The notes under the pieces are model-generated. The model was not told the DNA's origin, made no database searches, and saw nothing but the letters and a program-made list of their open reading frames with translations. From an uncultured bacterium (GTDB lineage Bacteria; Actinomycetota; Actinomycetes; S36-B12; CAIYMF01), in assembly GCA_903826575.1 (NCBI GenBank), contig CAIKEU010000101.1:6096-70095 (forward strand): a stretch of DNA of 64,000 nucleotides. Direction: 5' to 3'. Of the stretch, positions 30,302 to 38,556 are shown piece after piece. Made by a program: the position numbers and the translations under genes. Within the stretch, counting starts at the first letter, position 1; each line of letters opens with the position of its first letter.

Positions 30302-32496
30302 GCGCTCAGCAGGCCCTTAACTCGGGCCGCCACTCCTGTCGAGATACCTCGCGAATACGACTGGGTCATGTGGTGTTGGTCGCGGTAAACGACCGTCCCG
30401 TTGTCCGCGACCTCGCGGCATATTCGGCCGGGGCAAACCAGTTCGGTGAAGTCGACGCTCGACGCATTCCCGTGACCAGCGATGGCGGCCTGCTCAGCGC
30501 CAATCAGCGTCTGTTCACGTGCACTCGTCACCCCAACGAACGCACAGGCCGATGAATCCTGCATATGTGCAGACAAGCACTCGGTTCGATCAGAGGGCGC
30601 CCATGGAGTGTCCTGCAGCAGGGCAATTCGCTTCGCTCCTCGCAGATCGCGCAGGAGGGCCGTCGTTCCGGTGGCCCATGCTGCTTGCACGTCGCCATCG
30701 CCCAACTGCTGTCCATGTGCGTCGATGACAGGTGAACCCGAGTTGCTGCCATACCCGCCTGACCGTCCAACGAGGACGAGGTCGACTCCGCCGTTGTCGG
30801 TGAGATTCTTGATCTGATCTAACACAGCTCTGCGCCATGAGTCACAAGCGGTGTAGGCACCGCCCACCTGTCCGTTGTTCACCGATACTTCAACCATCGG
30901 GCAGGCGCTCTTGGTCCATGCGTAAAGTTTCCAGCCGTTGTGTCGCGCGGCGCGCTCGAGCGCAGGAAACCAGTGCTGTGCATGCGAATCGCCGACAAGA
31001 ACAATCGTTTTACTGCCACGCGGATCGCCGAAGAGGCAATCAGTTGCGATTGGGGTGGCAGGGAAGGATTGGTGGCAGTCGCGCATTCCCGTTACGCCGT
31101 CGTTGGACGCGTCTAATGCGCTCATCGCGGGGATGGTGTTAGGAACTGCGGCAAGAACGCTGGGATCAATCGAAGCGCCATCGACGGCTCCGGCCACCTG
31201 CGTGCTTGTGGATGTCAGCGGCCCGGGCAGCGGTGCCATGACAAACAAAATGGGGATTGTCGTGAGCGCAGCACCCAAAACCAAACTTGCATTGGTGCTG
31301 TTTTTGAAAAGGGCCGAGTTCCGCACCGGATCCTCGATGAATCGTGTACTGATGACTGCCATCGCGAACGATGCGAGGACGGCTAGCGCAATCGCCCACC
31401 AAGGTGCTGGAATCGGCTCACCGTCGATCGTGACCTGTGAGGTGAGGCTTCGCGCGAAGGTGAGCAACGGCCAGTGCCACAGATAGAGCGAATAGGAGAT
31501 CAAGCCGATAGCCACGAGTCGTGGTTGGGACAGCAACAGCGGTGTGCCGCCGGTGCGGACTCTGACTCCGGCCATGATGACTAGCGCCGTGCCCAGAACC
31601 GGCACGAGAGCCGCAGTACCGGGATAGGTGGTGGAGTCGTTAAATCGAAGGGCGCTGAAGATGATCAGCCCTAAGCCGAGCCATCCACCAAGCACCGCGG
31701 CGATACGTGGCAGCCGGCTGACACTGCCGGTAAGGGCGGCGAGGCCCGCACCTATGGCTAGTTCCCACGCCCGGGCCTGAAGCCCGTAGTACGACCAACC
31801 AGGCTGACTACCGGTGAGAAGCGCTGACCACAGGAACGAGATCACTCCGACCGTGCCAAGCGCCAGAACTATGCGACGCAACGCAGTTGTATCGAAACGA
31901 TGTGAGCGCGCGACCCCGATTCCGAGGGTGCCAAGGATGAGAATCGGCCAGAGCATGTAGAACTGCTCTTCCACGGCTAACGACCAGTAGTGCAGCAGCG
32001 GACTGGCATTGACTTGCGCGGCGAAGTAGTCAGTGGTCTGCATCGCGAAATGCCAGTTTGCGACGTAAAGCGCCGATGCTACGGCGTCGCCATTAACTCG
32101 CTGTGCTGTGAGCGGCGACATGATTGCGTGCGAAACAAGGATGGTGACTACCAGTACAAGTGCTGATGCGGGAAGAAGTCGACGAGCTCGTCTGGCGTAG
32201 AAGTCACGGATCGAAATCGTTCCGGTGCGGGCAACCTCTTGAAGTAAGAGCCCGGTTATCAGGAAGCCGGAAATGACGAAAAAGACGTCAACCCCGACGT
32301 AGCCGCCGCTAAAAAGCGGGACACCAGCGTGGTACGCGACGACCAGTAGGATGGCGATCGCCCTAAGTCCGTCAATATCCCGACGGTGGACGTTCGGCTG
32401 GCGAGTAGTGGACGTTGATGTGTTCGGTCTTGGGCGCGTCGATTGAACCTGCGGTCGATCGACGCGCAGGTGCTCACGTTCGGGAGCAATCGACAC
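30298..32496 (-). CDS. Acyltransferase-3 + SGNH O-acyltransferase (OafA/OatA-like)
   Basis: DIDGLRAIA, GVDVFFVISG, HYWSLAVEEQFY, GDSHA and YRDQHH motifs. Confidence 0.93.
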   Translation of the reverse strand: MSIAPEREHLRVDRPQVQSTRPRPNTSTSTTRQPNVHRRDIDGLRAIAILLVVAYHAGVPLFSGGYVGVDVFFVISGFLITGLLLQEVARTGTISIRDFYARRARRLLPASALVLVVTILVSHAIMSPLTAQRVNGDAVASALYVANWHFAMQTTDYFAAQVNASPLLHYWSLAVEEQFYMLWPILILGTLGIGVARSHRFDTTALRRIVLALGTVGVISFLWSALLTGSQPGWSYYGLQARAWELAIGAGLAALTGSVSRLPRIAAVLGGWLGLGLIIFSALRFNDSTTYPGTAALVPVLGTALVIMAGVRVRTGGTPLLLSQPRLVAIGLISYSLYLWHWPLLTFARSLTSQVTIDGEPIPAPWWAIALAVLASFAMAVISTRFIEDPVRNSALFKNSTNASLVLGAALTTIPILFVMAPLPGPLTSTSTQVAGAVDGASIDPSVLAAVPNTIPAMSALDASNDGVTGMRDCHQSFPATPIATDCLFGDPRGSKTIVLVGDSHAQHWFPALERAARHNGWKLYAWTKSACPMVEVSVNNGQVGGAYTACDSWRRAVLDQIKNLTDNGGVDLVLVGRSGGYGSNSGSPVIDAHGQQLGDGDVQAAWATGTTALLRDLRGAKRIALLQDTPWAPSDRTECLSAHMQDSSACAFVGVTSAREQTLIGAEQAAIAGHGNASSVDFTELVCPGRICREVADNGTVVYRDQHHMTQSYSRGISTGVAARVKGLLSA

Positions 32497-32627
32497 ATAT
32501 GAAGTGTCTATGACACCGGCCGCAGGATTCGGTAACTGCGTAACGAGTCGCGCGGTGTCATTGAATTTTCCGCGGCTCAGGTCGTCAGTCTTCTAGGTGT
32601 TCGATGGACCGATCGCTTTTAATGCCG

Positions 32628-33461
32628 TCAGATCGCGTCAGCGCGCCGCCGGCTAGCCAGCCATGCGATGCCTGCAGCAGCGGCTGCGCTACCCACCGCT
32701 CCGCCGACAGCGAGTGCATTGCGGCGGTTATCGGGGGTGTTGAGGTCACTGGTCAGTTCGCTGAGGCGGTGGCGCGCTGATTGCAACCCCGCTGGCTTGG
32801 TGAAATCACGGATCGGCCACCCGCGCTCTGTAGCGATATCTCGAAGCCGTGAATCGGCGTTAACCGCGGTTGGAAAGCCGACAGCGTCGAGCATCGGTAG
32901 ATCGGTGTGACTATCGCTGTATGCGTAGGACAGGCTCAGGTCATAATTGAATTCCTGCGCCAGACGTGCCATCGCGTCAGCCTTGCCCTGGGCATAGGCG
33001 TAGAACGTGATCTCGCCGGTGTATTTACGGTCGACGATTTCGACCTTCGTACCCACGCAGCGATCCACCCCGAGGCGCTGACCAATGATGTCGACGATGT
33101 CATGGCCCGATGAACTGATGATGATGACATCGCGCCCGGCAGCCTTGTGCTCGTCGATGAGATCAACTGCTTCAGGGAAAACGACTGGAGCGATGATCGA
33201 GTCGTACGTCTCGTCCACGATCTGTCGAACCTCGTCGACATCCCATCCGGTGACGAGCGCAGAAAGGTAACGCTTCATCTGCTCCATTTGAAGATGTGTC
33301 GTATCACCCGTGACGAAGGAAAACTGGGCGACTGCGCTGCGTACGACGTCAGCTGGGCCGATGAGGCCGCTGCGGTAGAACGGCCGTGCGAAGGCCAATG
33401 AACTCGACACCGCCAAAATGGTCATGTCGAGATCGAAAAAGGCTGCACTTCGCTTCGTCAC
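32628..33461 (-). CDS. HAD-IB family hydrolase (Rv3661-like)
   Basis: FFDLDMT and YAYSDSHTDLPML motifs; divergent from ssd. Confidence 0.92.
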   Translation of the reverse strand: MTKRSAAFFDLDMTILAVSSSLAFARPFYRSGLIGPADVVRSAVAQFSFVTGDTTHLQMEQMKRYLSALVTGWDVDEVRQIVDETYDSIIAPVVFPEAVDLIDEHKAAGRDVIIISSSGHDIVDIIGQRLGVDRCVGTKVEIVDRKYTGEITFYAYAQGKADAMARLAQEFNYDLSLSYAYSDSHTDLPMLDAVGFPTAVNADSRLRDIATERGWPIRDFTKPAGLQSARHRLSELTSDLNTPDNRRNALAVGGAVGSAAAAAGIAWLASRRRADAI

Positions 33462-33587
33462 ATCTCGATGGTAGGCGCGGTGCTGGCAGTTGGCAGGTTG
33501 GAGTCACAGGGTCTAGCCCAAGCGTGTCGTCCACAACGAGGGTTTATGCACATCTGACGTGGGCGGCGTGGCCGTGACTATCGATGT

Positions 33588-34649
33588 GTGACCAAAGCAC
33601 AAACGTCCCGAGCGATCCGCCGAGTCCTCATCGTTGGTTCTGACGTGCGGGTCACCGAAGAAGTTCGTCGATGTGCCATCGCCTCGGGGTTTGAAACCGA
33701 TGAGGTTGCTTCACTTACGCAGGCGCGCTCGCGATGGTCTTCCGCTGACATAGTCGTTGTCGCTGATGATCAAAACACAGGCCGACTTTCCGATGCTCTG
33801 CCGTCAAGGCCGGGGGTTGTTGTCGCAAGTGCTGACGTGACTCGCTCATCCCCGTGGCGCCTGGCCGTCTCGCTTGGAGCAGCGAGAGTCATTGATGTCG
33901 TATCGGAGCAATCCGCCTTCGTAGAACTGTTGGCATCTCGTTCAGCTGTGAGAGCCAAGATTCTGGCGGTGACCTCTGGGTCGGGTGGGGCGGGTGCAAG
34001 TATCACCGCGGCCGCGTTGGCTGTCACCGCCGCGATTCAGGGCCTGCAAACGGTGCTGCTGGATGTCGATCCACAATCACCGGGTGCCGACCTACTACTG
34101 GGGTTGGACGAATCACCCGGTTTACGCTGGGGCGATCTCAACCCGACGGCCGGTCCCCCGCCTGGCGAACGATTCTTCGCATCACTGCCTCGGTCAGGTG
34201 GCTGTGCGGTCCTAACCCGAGATCGGACTCCGCAGGCGCCTCCGGAAGTGCCGTTGGTGCAATCGACCATTTCATCGTTGTCCTCGGCAGTTGACTTGAT
34301 CGTCATCGACTTCGCGCGTGGCCATAGCTCGCTTTGTGACGAACTTCTGCCCGCATGTGACGTTGTGTTCGTCGTCGTCACATGCGATGTCCGCGGTGCG
34401 ACGAGCGCGAGCGTCTTGATCGAGTCCATTCGCGATCGCGCCGAGTTGAGGTTGCTGACGCGATCTAGGCCGGGCGATTCACTAGATCCCGATGACGTGG
34501 CGGACTGGCTGAACGTGTCACACGCTGGCTGTCTTCCGCATGAACCAGGACTGATTTCCATGATTGACCGCGGTGAGCCGGTGGCCGGTCAGCGTCGCTC
34601 CAAGTTGGCGGCAGTGTGCTCGGACGTGATCGGTGGGATCGCCCCGTGA
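33588..34649 (+). CDS. ssd: Septum site-determining protein Ssd
   Basis: Receiver-like N-terminus plus degenerate MinD-like P-loop SGSGGAGAS...DLLLG...GLRW; heads the Tad operon. Confidence 0.88.
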   Translation: MTKAQTSRAIRRVLIVGSDVRVTEEVRRCAIASGFETDEVASLTQARSRWSSADIVVVADDQNTGRLSDALPSRPGVVVASADVTRSSPWRLAVSLGAARVIDVVSEQSAFVELLASRSAVRAKILAVTSGSGGAGASITAAALAVTAAIQGLQTVLLDVDPQSPGADLLLGLDESPGLRWGDLNPTAGPPPGERFFASLPRSGGCAVLTRDRTPQAPPEVPLVQSTISSLSSAVDLIVIDFARGHSSLCDELLPACDVVFVVVTCDVRGATSASVLIESIRDRAELRLLTRSRPGDSLDPDDVADWLNVSHAGCLPHEPGLISMIDRGEPVAGQRRSKLAAVCSDVIGGIAP

Positions 34650-35809
34650 GCGCAATTGATCCGGCCGCAGTTGACCGAGTTCGGCATCACTTGGTAACCG
34701 TCGGGAAGACGCCCACCGTCACAGATGTGGCACGGGCCCTTCGCGACGATGGGGTTCTGCTCGACGCCACAGCGCTGTTAGAAGAGGCGGGCAAACTGTT
34801 TGCCGAGTTGGCTGGGGCTGGTCCGTTGACGAGTCTTCTGACCGATCCGCTCATCACCGATGTTTTGGTCTCATCGCCGGAACATGTGTGGATTGATCGG
34901 GGGAACGGAATTGAGCGAACCGATGTGACATTCCCCGACGACGCGGCCGTCCGCCGACTCGCTCAGCGGTTGGCAAGTGCGTGTGGCCGACGGCTCGACG
35001 ATGCGACACCTTTCGTCGATGCGCGCCTTAGCGATGGCACTCGCTTTCACGCCATCCTTTCTCCCATCGCACTGTCAGGTACCTGCATCAGCCTGCGAGT
35101 GCCTCGCCGGCATGATTTCGATGTGGCTGCACTCGTCGCCGCCAAGTCCGTACCGCAGCGCATAGTGCCGTGGATTCAAGCGATCGTCGACGCTCGCCTG
35201 AGTGTGTTGCTCACCGGTGGCACCGGTTGTGGCAAAACCACCTGGCTTTCGGTGCTCCTGGATCTCGTCGACGCCGACGAACGCATCGTCTTGGTTGAAG
35301 ACTCCGCCGAGCTACATCCGGCTCACGCACATGTGGTCCGGCTGGAGGCGCGGCCACCAAATATTGAAGGTTCGGGAGCCATCTCTCTTCGCGATCTCGT
35401 GCGTCAGGCACTGCGCATGCGCCCGGATCGACTCGTTGTGGGGGAGGTCCGAGGGGCTGAGGTTGTGGACTTGTTAGCCGCTATGAACACTGGGCATGAA
35501 GGCGGTTTCGCAACCATTCACGCGAACTCGGCCGCTGACGTGCCCGCTCGGTTAGAAGCACTCGGTCAAGCTGCGGGGCTTGATAGAGCAGCAGTGCATT
35601 CACAACTGATTGCAGGCGTCGATGTGGTTATCCACCTTCGTCGTGACCGTGACGGGGTACGGCGCTGGTCGTCGATTTCGGTAGCGAGCCGAACCGATAC
35701 GGGGTGCGAAATTCGCGATGCCCTCCTGATGCATAACGGTCGGTTGTGTCGAGGTCCTGGCCTTGCTCAACTCCAGCAGCGGCTAGGTGACTATGCACCA
35801 GACCTTTAA
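34646..35809 (+). CDS. tadA: TadA/CpaF pilus assembly ATPase
   Basis: GGTGCGKTT, LRMRPDRLVVGEVRG and NTGHEGG motifs; GTG overlaps the ssd stop. Confidence 0.94.
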   Translation: MSAIDPAAVDRVRHHLVTVGKTPTVTDVARALRDDGVLLDATALLEEAGKLFAELAGAGPLTSLLTDPLITDVLVSSPEHVWIDRGNGIERTDVTFPDDAAVRRLAQRLASACGRRLDDATPFVDARLSDGTRFHAILSPIALSGTCISLRVPRRHDFDVAALVAAKSVPQRIVPWIQAIVDARLSVLLTGGTGCGKTTWLSVLLDLVDADERIVLVEDSAELHPAHAHVVRLEARPPNIEGSGAISLRDLVRQALRMRPDRLVVGEVRGAEVVDLLAAMNTGHEGGFATIHANSAADVPARLEALGQAAGLDRAAVHSQLIAGVDVVIHLRRDRDGVRRWSSISVASRTDTGCEIRDALLMHNGRLCRGPGLAQLQQRLGDYAPDL

Positions 35810-36479
35810 CTCCGGCTGGCCGATGTTACCCACCCTCGTCGGCATTCTCGTTGGCGGATGGCTGTGGTTACTGACCATGCGACCGACGTTGTCGAACACT
35901 GGCTCAACCCGTCGAATTGATCTCGCGACTGTCATTCCCCGACGCCGAGGTGGACGAGTGCAGCGGCAAGCTGAACGCCGCTGGATCGACACGCTCATCG
36001 GCGAGCTAACCGTCGGTCGCGATCCCGTGGGTGCCTTGGTTATCGCGTCTGATTCGTCGCATCCCCAGGTTGCATACGACGCGTGGGTTGCAGCGCGAAT
36101 GGGTGGTGATGTAGCGGGCGCGCTTATGGCGGACCGGTCTGAGCTTGTACGCAGTGTCGGTGCTTGCTGGCTCGTCGCTGCGAACTCTGGCGCCGGCTTG
36201 GTGAAGTCGTTAAGTTCAATTTCTGAGTCGGCCCGTGAACGTGAACGAATGCTTCAACAGGTTGAGGTGGCAATTGCCGAGCCGCGCGCTGCAGCTGCAG
36301 TCGTGGCGGTGCTCCCGGCAATTGGGCTAGGCATGGGATCGCTCCTTGGTGCCAACCCACTTGGCTGGCTCATCAACACCACGGTCGGAAGGTTGATCCT
36401 CCTCAGCGCAATCACGCTCGAAGTGGTGGGTTGCCTGTGGGCATGGAGAATCATCCGATCAGTGGCTGAGCCCTCATGA
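35787..36479 (+). CDS. tadB: TadB-like (T2SS F family) membrane protein
   Basis: SGAGL...L...AEPRAAA..VAVLP and GANPLGWL...G motifs. Start may be ATG 35823. Confidence 0.8.
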   Translation: MTMHQTFNSGWPMLPTLVGILVGGWLWLLTMRPTLSNTGSTRRIDLATVIPRRRGGRVQRQAERRWIDTLIGELTVGRDPVGALVIASDSSHPQVAYDAWVAARMGGDVAGALMADRSELVRSVGACWLVAANSGAGLVKSLSSISESARERERMLQQVEVAIAEPRAAAAVVAVLPAIGLGMGSLLGANPLGWLINTTVGRLILLSAITLEVVGCLWAWRIIRSVAEPS

Positions 36480-37183
36480 GCGGATCAGTTTTCCTAACTG
36501 CACTGTGCGTTTCGCTGATGATTGCACTCATGTTTGCAAATCCTTTGGCTAAGCCGCGCATACGGGAACCCGTCCGATCTCGCGCCCTGCCAAGCTGGTT
36601 ACCACCATTGCTCGTTCTGGTCGGTAGTTCGGTTCTGATTGGTGGTGCACTCGGCATTGCCCTTGGCGTCCTGTTGGCTATCGCATCGGGTTTCGCTCTA
36701 CCAAGATTCGAGTCGGCGATAGGGCGTCGGGACCGGTTAGCCCGCGAGCGGCAGCTTCCGCTGTTCGTCGATTTAGTTGCTGCTTGTCTATCGGCCGGCG
36801 TGCCGACGGATGATGCCCTGATGGCTGCTGGGGCAGCAGTCGGCGCCCCTTTGTCGGAGATCGTTACCACCGCAGTCACGTCCATTCGGTGGGGCGCTGA
36901 GCCCGTTCGAACCTGGTCATCTGTGCAGTCAATCGACGGGATGGGCCAGCTCGCGGGTGCGCTCGTTAGGTCGGCGGAGTCCGGCGCGCCGCTGGCAGAG
37001 CTGCTGCCGGCGCTCGCGCAGGACGCCCGCGAGATGCGGCGGGCACGAGTCGAAGCCAAGACCCGCACCGCCGGTGTGCGGCTTATGGCGCCGTTGGGGC
37101 TCACCTTTCTTCCGGCCTTCATCCTGCTCGGCGTCGTGCCCGTTGTGGCGTCATGGGCCACATTGCTGCTCGGTAACAACTAA
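36476..37183 (+). CDS. tadC: TadC-like (T2SS F family) membrane protein
   Basis: DLVAACLSAG, RSAESGAPLA and AGVRLMAPLGLTFLPAF motifs. Confidence 0.85.
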   Translation: MSGSVFLTALCVSLMIALMFANPLAKPRIREPVRSRALPSWLPPLLVLVGSSVLIGGALGIALGVLLAIASGFALPRFESAIGRRDRLARERQLPLFVDLVAACLSAGVPTDDALMAAGAAVGAPLSEIVTTAVTSIRWGAEPVRTWSSVQSIDGMGQLAGALVRSAESGAPLAELLPALAQDAREMRRARVEAKTRTAGVRLMAPLGLTFLPAFILLGVVPVVASWATLLLGNN

Positions 37184-37347
37184 CACGATCATTTGATGAC
37201 GTGAGTCTGACGGTCCAGTCGTCCACAGCCGCATCTAGCGCGCGTGTCGCGCGCAGCCAACCTCCACAGATCTGCTGCACCCCAACGGTTTGCGCGAGGT
37301 TAGGTACGTCGGCGAAGGACGCCAGACATTAGGCAAGGAGGACTGCT

Positions 37348-37647
37348 ATGACCCGCGAACTCGAATGTACCCTCAGTCAAGATCTCAGTGGAAGTCTGAC
37401 GAGGAATCGCAGCGCGCTGCGTGATTCTCGAGGGCTTGTCCGAGCAAAGTTGGCGTGGACGCGTCAGTGGTTGGGGCGTGATCGTGGGGCGGCTACTGCG
37501 GAATACGCGGTTGTGAGTGTTGCCGCGGCTGGTCTCGGCGGAATCCTGATCAAGTTGCTGACCAGCGACTGGTTTCAGGAAATTCTCAAGACCATCCTCA
37601 ATTGGATCGTGCGCATCGCCTTGAATTTCTTTGGTTTCGGCGGCTGA
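37348..37647 (+). CDS. DUF4244 Flp-type pilin
   Basis: Class III signal G|AATAEYA followed by a hydrophobic helix; AAGGAGG RBS. Confidence 0.88.
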   Translation: MTRELECTLSQDLSGSLTRNRSALRDSRGLVRAKLAWTRQWLGRDRGAATAEYAVVSVAAAGLGGILIKLLTSDWFQEILKTILNWIVRIALNFFGFGG

Positions 37648-37650
37648 TCC

Positions 37651-38037
37651 ATGCAGATTCACCGACTTTGTGCGCGACGTGTGAACGTGGCTGCTCACGA
37701 TGTCGGCTCGGTTAGCGTCGAGGCCGCCATGGGGATGTTGGCGATTTGCTTCGCCCTGCTCGTGGCGGCCTGGTGCGCCGGGTTGCTCATTGCCCAACTC
37801 GCTGTTGGTGAAGCGGCTCGCGCAGGTGTACGCGTGGCAGCTCGAGGCGATGCAGCGGGCGCGGTCTCAGTTGAGGTGCACCGACTCGTCCCCGAAGCCG
37901 ATGTTGCCGTTACACATGAGGGTGCTGACGTTCGCGTCGAGGTGAGTCGCGTCGTGCGCCCGCCTGGAATGTTGGAACATCTCGGTGATGTTCGTTTAAG
38001 CGCATCGAGTTATGCAGCAGATGAGACCCAGTCATGA
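37651..38037 (+). CDS. TadE-family pseudopilin
   Basis: G|SVSVEAA and EAARAGVRVAARG motifs. Confidence 0.82.
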   Translation: MQIHRLCARRVNVAAHDVGSVSVEAAMGMLAICFALLVAAWCAGLLIAQLAVGEAARAGVRVAARGDAAGAVSVEVHRLVPEADVAVTHEGADVRVEVSRVVRPPGMLEHLGDVRLSASSYAADETQS

Positions 38038-38444
38038 GCGCCAAGGAGTTGCTCGCGCTCGCGCGTCGCGATGAAGGGATGGCGATTTTTGGTGCCATCT
38101 GTTCGGTCCTGGTGCTGTTGTCGATGCTCCTTGCCGCAACGACCTGCGCAGATCTTCTAGCAGCTCGGCAACGGGCGGCGGCTGCGGCTGATGTCGCGGC
38201 TTTGGCGGCTGCACCCGATGCAGTCCTATCGCCGGATGATGCTTGCATACGAGCCCGCGAGATTGCTGCTCTAAATGATGCTCGACTTATCAGCTGTCAA
38301 GTCCAGAACGAAGAGGTTGTCGTGCGAGCAGTGGCTTCACCACGGACGAACTGGGCTCGCTGGATCGAGCACGTGGTGAGCGATTCGACCGATCCATCAG
38401 TTTCTGCACGGGCGACGATGTCAGAGTCGGCATCGTCAAAATGA
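38034..38444 (+). CDS. Rv3654c-family TadE-like pseudopilin
   Basis: RDEG|MAIF, RAAAAADVAALAAA and C..A..IA..NDA.L..C motifs. Confidence 0.82.
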   Translation: MSAKELLALARRDEGMAIFGAICSVLVLLSMLLAATTCADLLAARQRAAAAADVAALAAAPDAVLSPDDACIRAREIAALNDARLISCQVQNEEVVVRAVASPRTNWARWIEHVVSDSTDPSVSARATMSESASSK

Positions 38445-38556
38445 GCCGCTGGAACTTTTTTCTCCAGCTCAGCCCGCAGATGCAGCCGGGGACTCCGCGG
38501 TCTGCTCGTCGTCAGCTGCTTAGGTCACATGAATAGAACGGTTGGTTGCTCGATCT

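Noticed and set aside
32514-32532. c-di-AMP (ydaO) riboswitch suggested by CCGAATCCTGCGGCCGG on the minus strand
   Set aside because: The downstream conserved elements (GGAAC/GGGG and GAACCCGTCAGCTAACC-like) are absent and there is too little room before the start codon.
33588-38444. Conjugative element suggested by the VirB11-like ATPase
   Set aside because: Gene order is the standard chromosomal ssd-Tad locus; no relaxase, coupling protein or VirB4.
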